From assembly GCA_017549425.1 (NCBI GenBank), contig JAFYUV010000017.1, forward strand, positions 136,750-200,749: 64,000 nt of DNA. The letters are read 5' to 3'. The notes below the pieces were generated by a model. It saw nothing but the letters and a program-made list of their open reading frames with translations. It was not told the DNA's origin and searched no databases. The DNA is from Clostridia bacterium. Its GTDB lineage: Bacteria > Bacillota > Clostridia > TANB77 > CAG-465. The translations under genes were made by a program, and so were the position numbers. This document shows, piece by piece, positions 48,881 through 58,462 of this stretch (positions are counted from its first letter, which is position 1; every line of letters begins with the position of its first letter).

Positions 48881-49762
48881 ATGATTTTTTCTAAAATAAA
48901 AGAGGCTTTTAGTGGAAAGATTGCAAGTATTTTCAAATCTAATTCTCAAGATATAGATGAAGCAATAGATCAAATCGAGGAGACGTTAATTTTAGCTGAT
49001 GTTGGAATTACTACATCTACGGAGGTCTGTGATAATTTGCGTAAAAAACTAAAAAAGGAAGATAATATTACAGAAGAAATAGTAAACAATCTTTTAAAGC
49101 AAGAACTAATATCTATATTAAATAAGCAAGAATATTTAGATGATGAAGATGTAGATAAAAAAGTAATATTAGTAGTTGGCGTAAATGGTGTGGGAAAAAC
49201 TACATCAATTGCAAAATTATCTAATATATATAAAAATATGGGCAAAAAAGTTATGCTTGTTGCTGGAGATACATTTAGAGCAGGAGCTAGAGAACAGTTA
49301 CAAATATGGTCTGAAGTTGCTGGAGTCGAGTGTATTTGTGGCGCAGATAATGCAGACCCCGCTTCAGTAATATTTGATGGCTCTAAACAATTTATTGAAA
49401 AGGACTATGATGTTTTAATATGTGATACTGCAGGAAGACTTCATAATAAAAAGAATTTGATGGATGAAATAGAGAAAATAAAAAGAACAATAGATAAAAA
49501 TATTGAAACTTGCTCTAAAGAAGTACTTATGGTTATAGATGCGACTACTGGACAAAACGCTGTAGAACAAGCAAAAGCGTTTTACGATAAGACAAGTGTT
49601 GATGGAATTATATTAACTAAATTAGACTCAACTGCAAAAGGAGGGGTTGTGTTTAGTATTATAAATGAACTGTCTATCCCTATAAAATACATTGGTATTG
49701 GAGAAAAAATTGAGGACATTCGTAAGTTTGAACCCAAAGAATTTGTTGAAGGAATAATATAG
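48881..49762 (+). CDS. ftsY: Signal recognition particle receptor FtsY (NG domain only)
   Basis: 293 aa; GVNGVGKTT, DTAGR, TKLD GTPase motifs; no M domain, so not Ffh. Confidence 0.85.
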   Translation: MIFSKIKEAFSGKIASIFKSNSQDIDEAIDQIEETLILADVGITTSTEVCDNLRKKLKKEDNITEEIVNNLLKQELISILNKQEYLDDEDVDKKVILVVGVNGVGKTTSIAKLSNIYKNMGKKVMLVAGDTFRAGAREQLQIWSEVAGVECICGADNADPASVIFDGSKQFIEKDYDVLICDTAGRLHNKKNLMDEIEKIKRTIDKNIETCSKEVLMVIDATTGQNAVEQAKAFYDKTSVDGIILTKLDSTAKGGVVFSIINELSIPIKYIGIGEKIEDIRKFEPKEFVEGII

Positions 49763-49770
49763 GTGGCCTT

Positions 49771-50499
49771 ATGAAGTTAATTGTAATGAGGCACGGTGAA
49801 TGCGAAGGTTTAGATAAAAACATAATTAATGGTTGGGCAGATTATGAGCTTACTCAAAATGGTATTGAGGAGGCTAAAAAGGCAGCTAAAGAGATAGAAA
49901 GTAAGTATGGCAAGGTAAATATAGATTTGGCATATACTTCTTATCTTTGTAGGACATATGATACGGCTAAGAATTTGTTAAAAGGATTTGGAAAAATTTG
50001 TGTTATTAACCAAGATATTAGGTTAAACGAAAGACATTATGGTTTCTTTCAAGGGATGAAAAGGCAAGACGCGTATAAATACGAGGAATATAATACACTT
50101 TCTAATTCAGCAGATAGATTGGATAATAGATTAATTCCTATTACAGAAGAACTTTTTGAATTACAGTTAGAAGAATATTCTAGAAAACTTAATTTAGATA
50201 AAGAAAGTTTAAGAAGTGCACTTCCAAAGAGTGAAAGTATACATGATGTAGAAAAAAGACTTAATGAGTTTTTAAAAGAAAAAATATTTATTCCTGAAAA
50301 CATAGATAAAACTATATTAATAGTAGGTCATGCTAACACTGTAAAACTTATTGTAAAGTATATAGATAAACTAAGTTTTGAAGAAGTTACAAAATTAAAA
50401 TTTGCAACTTGTGGAATGAGAATATATGATATTAGTTATACTGAAAATGAAATAATTGTAACTGGAATAACAAATATTAATAAAGAATGGAAAATGTAA
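49771..50499 (+). CDS. Histidine phosphatase (phosphoglycerate mutase-like) family protein
   Basis: 242 aa; RHGE catalytic motif near the N-terminus. Confidence 0.7.
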   Translation: MKLIVMRHGECEGLDKNIINGWADYELTQNGIEEAKKAAKEIESKYGKVNIDLAYTSYLCRTYDTAKNLLKGFGKICVINQDIRLNERHYGFFQGMKRQDAYKYEEYNTLSNSADRLDNRLIPITEELFELQLEEYSRKLNLDKESLRSALPKSESIHDVEKRLNEFLKEKIFIPENIDKTILIVGHANTVKLIVKYIDKLSFEEVTKLKFATCGMRIYDISYTENEIIVTGITNINKEWKM

Positions 50500-50517
50500 A
50501 ACAAATACCACTATTCG

Positions 50518-51114
50518 TTATATAGTGGTATTTGTTTTTTCATATATTTTGTTTAAAATAACATCTAAATTCTTTTTGGTTTCAGAAGAAAATACGGTAA
50601 GGTCTTTTGAAGTGAATAAGAATTTTTGAATATCTTTTATAGCATTTTCTTGTTTTGCATTAGAAATCTTATCTGCTTTATTAAGTACTACTGAAAAATC
50701 TTTACCTGAAGCTTCTAACCAATCATACATTTGTCTATCTTCTTTAGACGGTAAGTGACGTATGTCTACTAGTAAAAAAATATGAGAAATACTAGGAGTA
50801 TTTTCTAAAAAATAATTTGTTAAATTATTTATATTTTGTCTTTCTTTATCTGACATAGTAGAATACCCGTATCCTGGAAGGTCTACTATATAAAATGAAT
50901 CGTTTACAAAAAAATAATTAATACTTCTTGTTTTCCCTGGAGTATTTCCAACTTTTGCTACATTTTTATTATTAGCTAGTGAATTTATAAAAGAAGATTT
51001 TCCAACATTAGATTTTCCGGCGATTGCTATGATTGGAAATCCATCTTTTAATAAATCATTTTTGCTAAATGCGGATTTTATAAATTTAACATTTTTTAAA
51101 TATTCCATAATCAT
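50518..51114 (-). CDS. engB: Ribosome biogenesis GTPase EngB / YsxC (YihA)
   Basis: 198 aa; G1 GKSNVGKSS, DLPGYGY. Confidence 0.85.
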   Translation of the reverse strand: MIMEYLKNVKFIKSAFSKNDLLKDGFPIIAIAGKSNVGKSSFINSLANNKNVAKVGNTPGKTRSINYFFVNDSFYIVDLPGYGYSTMSDKERQNINNLTNYFLENTPSISHIFLLVDIRHLPSKEDRQMYDWLEASGKDFSVVLNKADKISNAKQENAIKDIQKFLFTSKDLTVFSSETKKNLDVILNKIYEKTNTTI

Positions 51115-51116
51115 TC

Positions 51117-52409
51117 CTACTTTTTCTTTGGAAGAATTTTTGTGGTTCCGCCCATATAAGGAACTAAAGCTTCAGGAATATTAATGCTTCCGTCTTCATT
51201 GTAGTTGTTTTCAATAAATGCAATAAGGCCTCTTGGTGTAGCAAGTACAGTGTTATTTAAAGTTGTTAAGAAATAATTTCCTTTATTTTCAGTTCTTGCA
51301 CGAATTCCTAAACGTCTAGCTTGTGCATCGCCTAATGTTGAACAACTTCCTACTTCAAAATACTTCTTTTGTCTAGGAGACCAAGCTTCTACGTCACAAG
51401 ATTTTACCTTAAGATCAGCTAAATCACCGCTACAACATTCTAATGTTCTTACAGGTATGTCTAAACTTCTAAAGAACTCTACTGTATAGCTCCACATTTT
51501 GTTATACCAATCCATAGCTTCTTCTGGACGACATAGAACTACCATTTCTTGCTTTTCAAATTGGTGTACTCTGTATATTCCTCTTTCTTCTAGGCCGTGA
51601 GCGCCAACTTCTTTTCTAAAGCAAGGAGAGTAAGAAGTAAGTGCTAAAGGAAGTTCTTTTTCATCAATTGTTTGTCCTTTAAATTTTCCAATCATTGAGT
51701 GTTCGCTTGTACCAATTAAATACAAATCTTCGCCTTCAATTTTATACATCATAGCGCCCATTTCTTCAAAACTCATAACTCCATTTACAACATCACTTCT
51801 AATCATAAATGGTGGAACGCAATAGTTAAATCCTTTTGAAATCATGAAATCTCTTGCATAGCTTAGCATAGAAGAGTGAAGTCTAGCAATATCTCCCATT
51901 AAGTAATAGAAACCATTTCCACTAGTTCTACCAGCGCTTTCTTTATCTAATCCACAAACTGCATCTAATATATCTGCATGATAAGGAATTTCATATTCTG
52001 GAACAACAGGTTCACCAAACTTTTCTATTTCCACATTTTCAGAATCGTCTTTTCCTATAGGGACAGAACTATCTATTATATTTGGTATTGTTAGCATTTT
52101 TTCTCTTAAATCTTGTTCTAATTTTACTTGTTCTTCTTCTATATTAACTAGTTTTTTATTTATATTTACAACTTCTTGCTTTTTCTCATTAGCTAACTCT
52201 ATTTGCTTTTCTTTCATTAAAGCGCCTATAGCACTACTTATGCTATTTCTTGAAGTTCTTAGTTCATCTCCATTTTGTTTTAATTCGCGTATTTTTTTAT
52301 CTAATTCAATAACTTCGTCTACTAAAACTAATTTTTTTTCTTGAAATTTCTTTTTTATATTATCCTTAACTATTTCAGGATTTTCTCTTATAAATTTTAT
52401 GTCTAACAT
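51117..52409 (-). CDS. serS: Seryl-tRNA synthetase
   Basis: 430 aa; N-terminal coiled-coil arm (MLDIKFIRENPE...) plus class II catalytic core. Confidence 0.85.
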   Translation of the reverse strand: MLDIKFIRENPEIVKDNIKKKFQEKKLVLVDEVIELDKKIRELKQNGDELRTSRNSISSAIGALMKEKQIELANEKKQEVVNINKKLVNIEEEQVKLEQDLREKMLTIPNIIDSSVPIGKDDSENVEIEKFGEPVVPEYEIPYHADILDAVCGLDKESAGRTSGNGFYYLMGDIARLHSSMLSYARDFMISKGFNYCVPPFMIRSDVVNGVMSFEEMGAMMYKIEGEDLYLIGTSEHSMIGKFKGQTIDEKELPLALTSYSPCFRKEVGAHGLEERGIYRVHQFEKQEMVVLCRPEEAMDWYNKMWSYTVEFFRSLDIPVRTLECCSGDLADLKVKSCDVEAWSPRQKKYFEVGSCSTLGDAQARRLGIRARTENKGNYFLTTLNNTVLATPRGLIAFIENNYNEDGSINIPEALVPYMGGTTKILPKKK

Positions 52410-52608
52410 AATCTCAACTCCTTAGATGAAATTATTATATTATATAATTCCCATATTTTCAAGCAAAAAACGCTTTAAAATATTTGTATAACAAAACAAT
52501 ATTACATTTTTGTAACAAAATTGTAACAAACGTTAAAATTATTGACGTCTTCTAGCTTTTTATGATAAACTAATGCAAATTAATGTATGATGAGAAAGTG
52601 GGTGTAAC

Positions 52609-53043
52609 ATGGATTATATAACTAGTAAAGTTTTTGTAATAGCAGTTGGAATATTTGTAACATTATCCATTGTTACAATGGCAATACTTAGCTTTACCAA
52701 ATTAGGAGAAATATTTAATTTTGTAGAGAATACGGATATATCCATTAGAAACCAATATGATAATATGTATTCTATGTATAATGGTGCTGAGCTAAATACA
52801 GTAGGATTACTTAATGCTTTAAGAAGATACGAAGAGGATGATGCTGTAAAGATACGAGTTGTAAACAACAGTTATATTGTAAACATTGACGATGATGATG
52901 AAGATACAATTAACAATAAAACTGATATGATAAAAGATATAGAGTCAAAAATAAGAGATGGCATTTTAGATTATCATACGCCATACGTAGTATCAGTTAC
53001 AGAGGATAGCATGACTGTTAATTTAACATTTACTAAAAAATAA
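52609..53043 (+). CDS. Uncharacterized N-terminally membrane-anchored protein P1 (144 aa)
   Basis: RBS GAAAGTGGGTG; single N-terminal hydrophobic helix then an acidic extracytoplasmic domain; no prepilin G-FTLxE motif. Confidence 0.5.
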   Translation: MDYITSKVFVIAVGIFVTLSIVTMAILSFTKLGEIFNFVENTDISIRNQYDNMYSMYNGAELNTVGLLNALRRYEEDDAVKIRVVNNSYIVNIDDDDEDTINNKTDMIKDIESKIRDGILDYHTPYVVSVTEDSMTVNLTFTKK

Positions 53044-53055
53044 AGGAGGGAACTT

Positions 53056-53508
53056 ATGGAATCACCAGCAAGTGAAGCGTTGATTATAGGAATGAATGTT
53101 TTTGTTTTTGTTATAGCATTAACTTGCGGAGTGATGCTAATGACAACAGTATTAAACATGTCAGAAGTTGCAAATGATATAATTAAAGATACCTCTACGT
53201 CTTCACTACTTGAGTTATATGGTGAAGGTGAAGAAAGATTATATACAGGGGATGAGTTACTTGCGTTATATCAAAAATATACAGCTGGAACCGTTATTGC
53301 AGCTACAGGTGGAACAGTGCCTGGAGGATTTAATACTGCAGGATTACAAAATAAGTATACTTTCTATATAAAACGTGAAGGATATGGAGCTGAAAACTTA
53401 GAAAATACAGAAATAACAGAGGAAGATTTAAAAAAGAATTTTAAACTTGAGTATCAAGGAGAAGAAGACTCAAAATTAAAGTATTTATTTAGTGAGGTGA
53501 CAACATAA
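53056..53508 (+). CDS. Uncharacterized N-terminally membrane-anchored protein P2 (150 aa)
   Basis: RBS AAAGGAGGG; N-terminal ASEALIIGMNVFVFVIAL anchor. Confidence 0.5.
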   Translation: MESPASEALIIGMNVFVFVIALTCGVMLMTTVLNMSEVANDIIKDTSTSSLLELYGEGEERLYTGDELLALYQKYTAGTVIAATGGTVPGGFNTAGLQNKYTFYIKREGYGAENLENTEITEEDLKKNFKLEYQGEEDSKLKYLFSEVTT

Positions 53509-56500
53509 TTGAGAGATAATATAAGTTTAATATTTGCGGTATTATTTGCAGTTTTTGTATTAATAATTTTGCCACTTATAAGTGTTACATCAAGGCAAGA
53601 CAGTATTTCTTATAACAAAGTATTAGCTTTAACAACAAATTTTGTAGATGATGTTAGAACAAAAGGGTATTTAACAGAGCAAGATTATACAGAGTATTTA
53701 ACAAAACTAGCATTAACTTCAAATACGTATAAAGTTGAAATGGAATATCACGAAAAGATGCTTATAAAAAACATAGAAAATACTGATGAATATGTAGAAG
53801 ACACTATGATTTATTACAATAAATTTATAGTAGATACAATAAATCCAGATGATGGCGACGATACTGATGAAGACGTTTTAAAATTAGCAGTAGATGATGA
53901 ATTCTATGTTAAGGTATACAATACAAATATTACAACAGCCAGTTTGTTATATAACTTTTTTGCAAGAGTAAGTATTCCAGAGAAAATAATAAATATTGGT
54001 TATGGTGGAAAAGTAAGTCACTCTTCAGGTTCAAATTTTATACAAACGAATTTTGAATCTGCATATACACCGATAGTAAGGTTAGATATTGTAAAGGATG
54101 ATAGGATTAGTGAAGGTATTGACCCAAGGACGGAAACAACCTGGAGTGGTATTGATAACGATTATATATCAACTGAAAGACTTTATTTCAACACAGAAAA
54201 AGCAGGGGCAAAGTTAGTTGTTGAATTTACTTTAAGTAGATTTGCTAAAGTGGGAGCCTTCACTATAACTTCGGATATGTTTACTTCTGGAAGGGTTAAT
54301 AAAGATGATGTCAAGAATCATATTATAAATTATTTAGTCCTTTCTGGAGAATTAAAGGGGTACACAGTGCAGATAGATCCAAACACTATTAAAGTGGAGA
54401 GCGATTCTGAAGAAGGACTACAATTAAAAGGAACTATTACAATAACTGGAATAAAATTAGAAGAAGGAATGTATAGAACTAGTTCATTTATTAATGTAAA
54501 ACCTGGACTTGGTGAGGGAAATACTGGAATAATATCTCCTTCTGTAAGTTCAGAAGAAATAATAATGACAAGACCTCAACCGGGAATATCAATTAGAAGA
54601 ACTAATGCTTATGCACACGAATTAGATGCTAATGAAAAAGTTGAGTTTGAAGTTTCTGTATCAAATATAGAGAATTTCGCGGGAAAAACAAAAAGATATA
54701 AATTAATTTCTGTTAGTACTAATGAGGAAATTATTTCTGTGAACACAAATGATGGAACTATTAATATAATTGATGGTACAGAGGCAATTTTGGGAACTTT
54801 GACAGATAGGCAAATAGTTTCTGAAGTTGAGAAGTATACACTTACTCTTACTATAAATAAATTACCTGGTAAATTTGTAGGGCAAGAGTTGAAGTTAGTA
54901 ATAGAAACAGAACTGTCTGGGAAAACAATAAAAGGTGATTCAGATAAATTTGTATATACAAATGAATTAACACAATACAATATAAAAGGTATAAGTTATG
55001 CAGGATATATACATAAAGGAAATAGTTATACAAGTAATTTACCTACTTACACAATAAACCAAGGAGAAGAGTTAAAAATAAAAGCCAAGATAACACTAGA
55101 TAATGCTATTGAAAATGAAGCAGATAAGCAAAGAGTAAATGATATGGTACTTAATGATTTAATTCTAAAGGACACAACAACATCGTTAGTCGCTAGTACT
55201 ACAATTTCTATTACTAAAAGTGAAGTTGGAAGCAACTATGTGGAAATTACTTTTTCTATTCCAAATGATAAAGCTGGAACAATTAGTTATTATTTATATA
55301 ATAAACAAGATGAAAGCGTAAAAGAGGATAGCTTTTCTGTAGAGGTAAAATCTACTATTAGTTATACAATAACCGGTGTAGGATTTAATGGTGGATGTTT
55401 TACTAGTTATGGCAATAAAATATCAAATAATGAGTATGAGTTTGAAGAGGCAAACGATAGAAATTATTTAAGTCTAGGAGTGAGATTAAAAATAACACCA
55501 GAAGTTATAGATGAATCTGAAGCTCGCGAAGCAATAATTCAGTTAATAAAAGAAGATATAGTTTTGAAAAATATAACAGAAGATAAAACGGTTGAGTTAG
55601 ATTTTAGTTATAATTATGCGTCTGAAGATAAAGTGAATATTAGTGTAAGTTTGCCAGTAAAAGAAGCGGGAGTAAGAGAATACTATTTATATAGTAAAAA
55701 AGACACCAATATAAAAAGTGAAACTGTGAAGGTTACTGTAAAAAATGATGAAACGTCAGTGTATGGAATTACGGGATTCGGTGAAATTACAGATAAGAAA
55801 TTCTTAGCTTACAATGATGAAGATGATTTTACAGTTAGTTTTAAAATTGATTTTACTAGAGTTGAATATTATAATTTTACTTATGAAGAACGAGATAAAT
55901 TAATTTATTATATTAGAGATAATTTGAAATTAATAAATTTAGAAGATAATTCGGAAGTTTTAATATATAAATATTCTGATAAGGATGGTAAATTTAATCC
56001 TTATTTTAAAACAGATTTGGAAGATATGTATTTAGACATGAGTTGGAAGTATAACCTTCTAACCACTGATTTAACTGGCAGATATAAACTTAAATTAGGA
56101 GAGTTTGAAAGCAATGAATTTGATATTAAAGTATTAGAGAATGATTTGCAATACATTGAATTTATTGGTGAAAATTATAAGTATGCGACTATTACTCATT
56201 ATGATAATGACTGGCAAACTCTAGAGAGCAATATTGGATTTTCACAATTAGCTAACATAAAAATAGCTAATCCAGAAGTAAAAAGTTATAGTAATTCTCA
56301 ATTAGCTAACTTGTTGAAAAATTATATTAAATATAAAGAGCGCTATTATAATCGTGAGTTTGAGTATGATTATAATTTAGTCGTAACGAAGATAAAAAAT
56401 ACAGAAGACTTATTAAGTGTTAAATTGACTTTTAAAATTCAAGGAGAGGAGACTTATCCTCGATATCCAGGGGGAATAACTGTAGAGAATTGCCATCAAG

Positions 56501-56949
56501 AAGGAAAGGATATCCATATATTGCTTGAAGATAAAGCAATTACTAATTATTACAGCTGCAGTTTATCAAGTAGCTATATTAATTTGTCTGGAATTACTGA
56601 AGAAAATCAATATGACTATGATTTTGGAGGGGTATCCCCAACTATGACTATAAGTTGGAAAAAAAATCAAAATTATATAACGGATGGTTACTGTAATTCT
56701 GTAAGTGGAGTAGAAGATATATTGAGAGATGGATTGAATATTAGAACATCTGATGGTTTAAAACGCCCTCGTTTATATGTGTGGCCAGAATTTGTTGAAG
56801 ATATTTCTAACGACAATTATTATAGCTATAAATTTAAAGTGTTTTTCTATCCTTGGGAAACTGAAGAAATATATAGCCTTACAGACTCAGAAACGTATTA
56901 TTTGTATTTATATGATAAGAAAATATCAAATATAACTGTAAGATACTAA
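53509..56949 (+). CDS. Uncharacterized giant N-terminally anchored surface protein P3 (1146 aa) with internal Ig-like tandem repeats
   Basis: TTG start with RBS GAGGTGA; N-terminal TM helix; internal repeat (...ITFSIPNDKAGTISYYLYNKQDESVKEDSFSVEVKS... versus ...VNISVSLPVKEAGVREYYLYSKKDTNIKSETVKVTVKN...). Confidence 0.55.
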   Translation: MRDNISLIFAVLFAVFVLIILPLISVTSRQDSISYNKVLALTTNFVDDVRTKGYLTEQDYTEYLTKLALTSNTYKVEMEYHEKMLIKNIENTDEYVEDTMIYYNKFIVDTINPDDGDDTDEDVLKLAVDDEFYVKVYNTNITTASLLYNFFARVSIPEKIINIGYGGKVSHSSGSNFIQTNFESAYTPIVRLDIVKDDRISEGIDPRTETTWSGIDNDYISTERLYFNTEKAGAKLVVEFTLSRFAKVGAFTITSDMFTSGRVNKDDVKNHIINYLVLSGELKGYTVQIDPNTIKVESDSEEGLQLKGTITITGIKLEEGMYRTSSFINVKPGLGEGNTGIISPSVSSEEIIMTRPQPGISIRRTNAYAHELDANEKVEFEVSVSNIENFAGKTKRYKLISVSTNEEIISVNTNDGTINIIDGTEAILGTLTDRQIVSEVEKYTLTLTINKLPGKFVGQELKLVIETELSGKTIKGDSDKFVYTNELTQYNIKGISYAGYIHKGNSYTSNLPTYTINQGEELKIKAKITLDNAIENEADKQRVNDMVLNDLILKDTTTSLVASTTISITKSEVGSNYVEITFSIPNDKAGTISYYLYNKQDESVKEDSFSVEVKSTISYTITGVGFNGGCFTSYGNKISNNEYEFEEANDRNYLSLGVRLKITPEVIDESEAREAIIQLIKEDIVLKNITEDKTVELDFSYNYASEDKVNISVSLPVKEAGVREYYLYSKKDTNIKSETVKVTVKNDETSVYGITGFGEITDKKFLAYNDEDDFTVSFKIDFTRVEYYNFTYEERDKLIYYIRDNLKLINLEDNSEVLIYKYSDKDGKFNPYFKTDLEDMYLDMSWKYNLLTTDLTGRYKLKLGEFESNEFDIKVLENDLQYIEFIGENYKYATITHYDNDWQTLESNIGFSQLANIKIANPEVKSYSNSQLANLLKNYIKYKERYYNREFEYDYNLVVTKIKNTEDLLSVKLTFKIQGEETYPRYPGGITVENCHQEGKDIHILLEDKAITNYYSCSLSSSYINLSGITEENQYDYDFGGVSPTMTISWKKNQNYITDGYCNSVSGVEDILRDGLNIRTSDGLKRPRLYVWPEFVEDISNDNYYSYKFKVFFYPWETEEIYSLTDSETYYLYLYDKKISNITVRY

Positions 56950-56977
56950 ATTTAATTAAAATAAAAGGAGGTAAAAA

Positions 56978-58288
56978 ATGAGATTAACAGATTTAGCAAT
57001 AGTATTTGTTGTAATAATGTTGCCAATAGTTATTATTGTATACGTTAATACATCATTTGTAGTACGTGCTGAAAGAGAGGAAATGTACTATAAAAATATG
57101 ATTAACTCTGCAGTAAGTGATGCAACAATTGCAATGAAAAATGTAGAAAATGATGACTATGAAATAGATTATGGTTATTCTGGAATTGTAGATAACAAAG
57201 TAAGTGTTAATGCAAATGTTGCTGTTGATACATTTTTTACCTCGTTATATAATAATCTTGGAATAAAAGGCAATAAAGGTTCTGAAGACTCTTTTAAATC
57301 ATATATCCCGGCCTTAGCTATAATAGATTATGATGGAATATATATATATTCAGCAGAAGAATATGATGGGGTTCCTGTGTATACAATAAAACCTAAAAAG
57401 TATTTTACCTATACATATTACATAGAAAAAACAACAAGTGGCTATACAACAAATTATGAAATAAAACCATATACTAAAGAAGTTGACTCTAATAAAATAA
57501 ATGCTAATTTGATATATCAAGTAACTTTTACTCAAGATGACTATGTTTTCTTAAAGGTGTATAACATAGACGAAACGTATAATATAGTTAGAGAAATTAG
57601 TACTCCAGATAGTATTACTTATAATAATGAAGTGATAGTGGATTATACTAAAGCTTTTTATTTAGAAGATAGTGATAATAACAACTGGCTTTTGGGTGAT
57701 GTTTATACTTTGAGTAGATTTGGTGGTGCTATGTTATCTACTGATGCAGATAAGTTGCTTTATGGAGAATATGATGAGTCTGGAGAGTTAGTAAAAGATG
57801 GAATAGTTCAACATTTAGCGAAACAAAGGAGAGAGACTATAGCTAAAATTTGCATGGAAGAAGTTTCTTACGCGGTTAATGCTCACAACTTTTTTGCTAA
57901 AAAAGCTGGTATAAGGTATGTGTTTAATTTTAGTGTGAATTCAGATTCAGACTGGTATGAAACGGTAGATGGAATTGGAATATTAGCTATAGCTCAAGGA
58001 ATTTCTCTTGGTAATAGATATTTAAATTACAATGCATATAGTGTATCGGATTTGTCTAACGCTAAAAAATATTATTTATCTGATTCGTATATGGTGGAGG
58101 ATGAGTCTGGAAATATTAATAAACAACCATATAAAATGTATCACGCATCGTCAGAGTGTGGCATTTATCAGATTTATTTAGAAGCTTTAAAGAGCGGAAC
58201 GAAAGGACCTTTGAGTCCAGGCTTTTTGTACAACAAAGAAGAGGCTGCGGCTAATGGTTTTAATGCATGCTATTTGTGTAGACCATAG
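56978..58288 (+). CDS. Uncharacterized N-terminally anchored protein P4 (436 aa)
   Basis: RBS AAGGAGG; N-terminal LAIVFVVIMLPIVIIVYV anchor; C-terminal Cys cluster (SSECG...CYLCRP). Confidence 0.55.
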   Translation: MRLTDLAIVFVVIMLPIVIIVYVNTSFVVRAEREEMYYKNMINSAVSDATIAMKNVENDDYEIDYGYSGIVDNKVSVNANVAVDTFFTSLYNNLGIKGNKGSEDSFKSYIPALAIIDYDGIYIYSAEEYDGVPVYTIKPKKYFTYTYYIEKTTSGYTTNYEIKPYTKEVDSNKINANLIYQVTFTQDDYVFLKVYNIDETYNIVREISTPDSITYNNEVIVDYTKAFYLEDSDNNNWLLGDVYTLSRFGGAMLSTDADKLLYGEYDESGELVKDGIVQHLAKQRRETIAKICMEEVSYAVNAHNFFAKKAGIRYVFNFSVNSDSDWYETVDGIGILAIAQGISLGNRYLNYNAYSVSDLSNAKKYYLSDSYMVEDESGNINKQPYKMYHASSECGIYQIYLEALKSGTKGPLSPGFLYNKEEAAANGFNACYLCRP

Positions 58289-58304
58289 TGAAAATTAATA
58301 AAAA

Positions 58305-58342
58305 AAGTTGCGTACAAATATGAAAAGTATGCAACTTTTTTA
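58305..58342 (+). terminator. Rho-independent terminator after P4
   Basis: AAGTTGCGTAC...GTATGCAACTT followed by TTTTTTATTG. Confidence 0.6.
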
Positions 58343-58399
58343 TTGTATTTTTAGCATTAAAAATAAATGCAAAATGTTGAAAAATAGCTTGTTTTTTCG

Positions 58400-58428
58400 T
58401 TGACACTATAATTTATTTGCTATATAAT
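58400..58428 (+). promoter_or_regulatory. Consensus sigma-A promoter for P5-P6
   Basis: TTGACA, 17 nt, TATAAT. Confidence 0.55.
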
Positions 58429-58462
58429 AAAGCTGAATAATTATGTTATTTGGGGGGATAAT

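Noticed and set aside
52410-52608. Looked for a T-box riboswitch leader upstream of serS (minus strand)
   Set aside because: Only about 200 bp of divergent intergenic DNA is present. It has no T-box consensus (AGGGUGGNACCGCG) and no specifier/antiterminator architecture.
52609-58288. Type IV minor pilins or pseudopilins as the identity of P1-P4
   Set aside because: None has a G-F(T/S)LxE prepilin peptidase motif or a TadE-like GxxxVEFAL motif. The N-terminal anchors look like plain signal anchors, so I left them unassigned.
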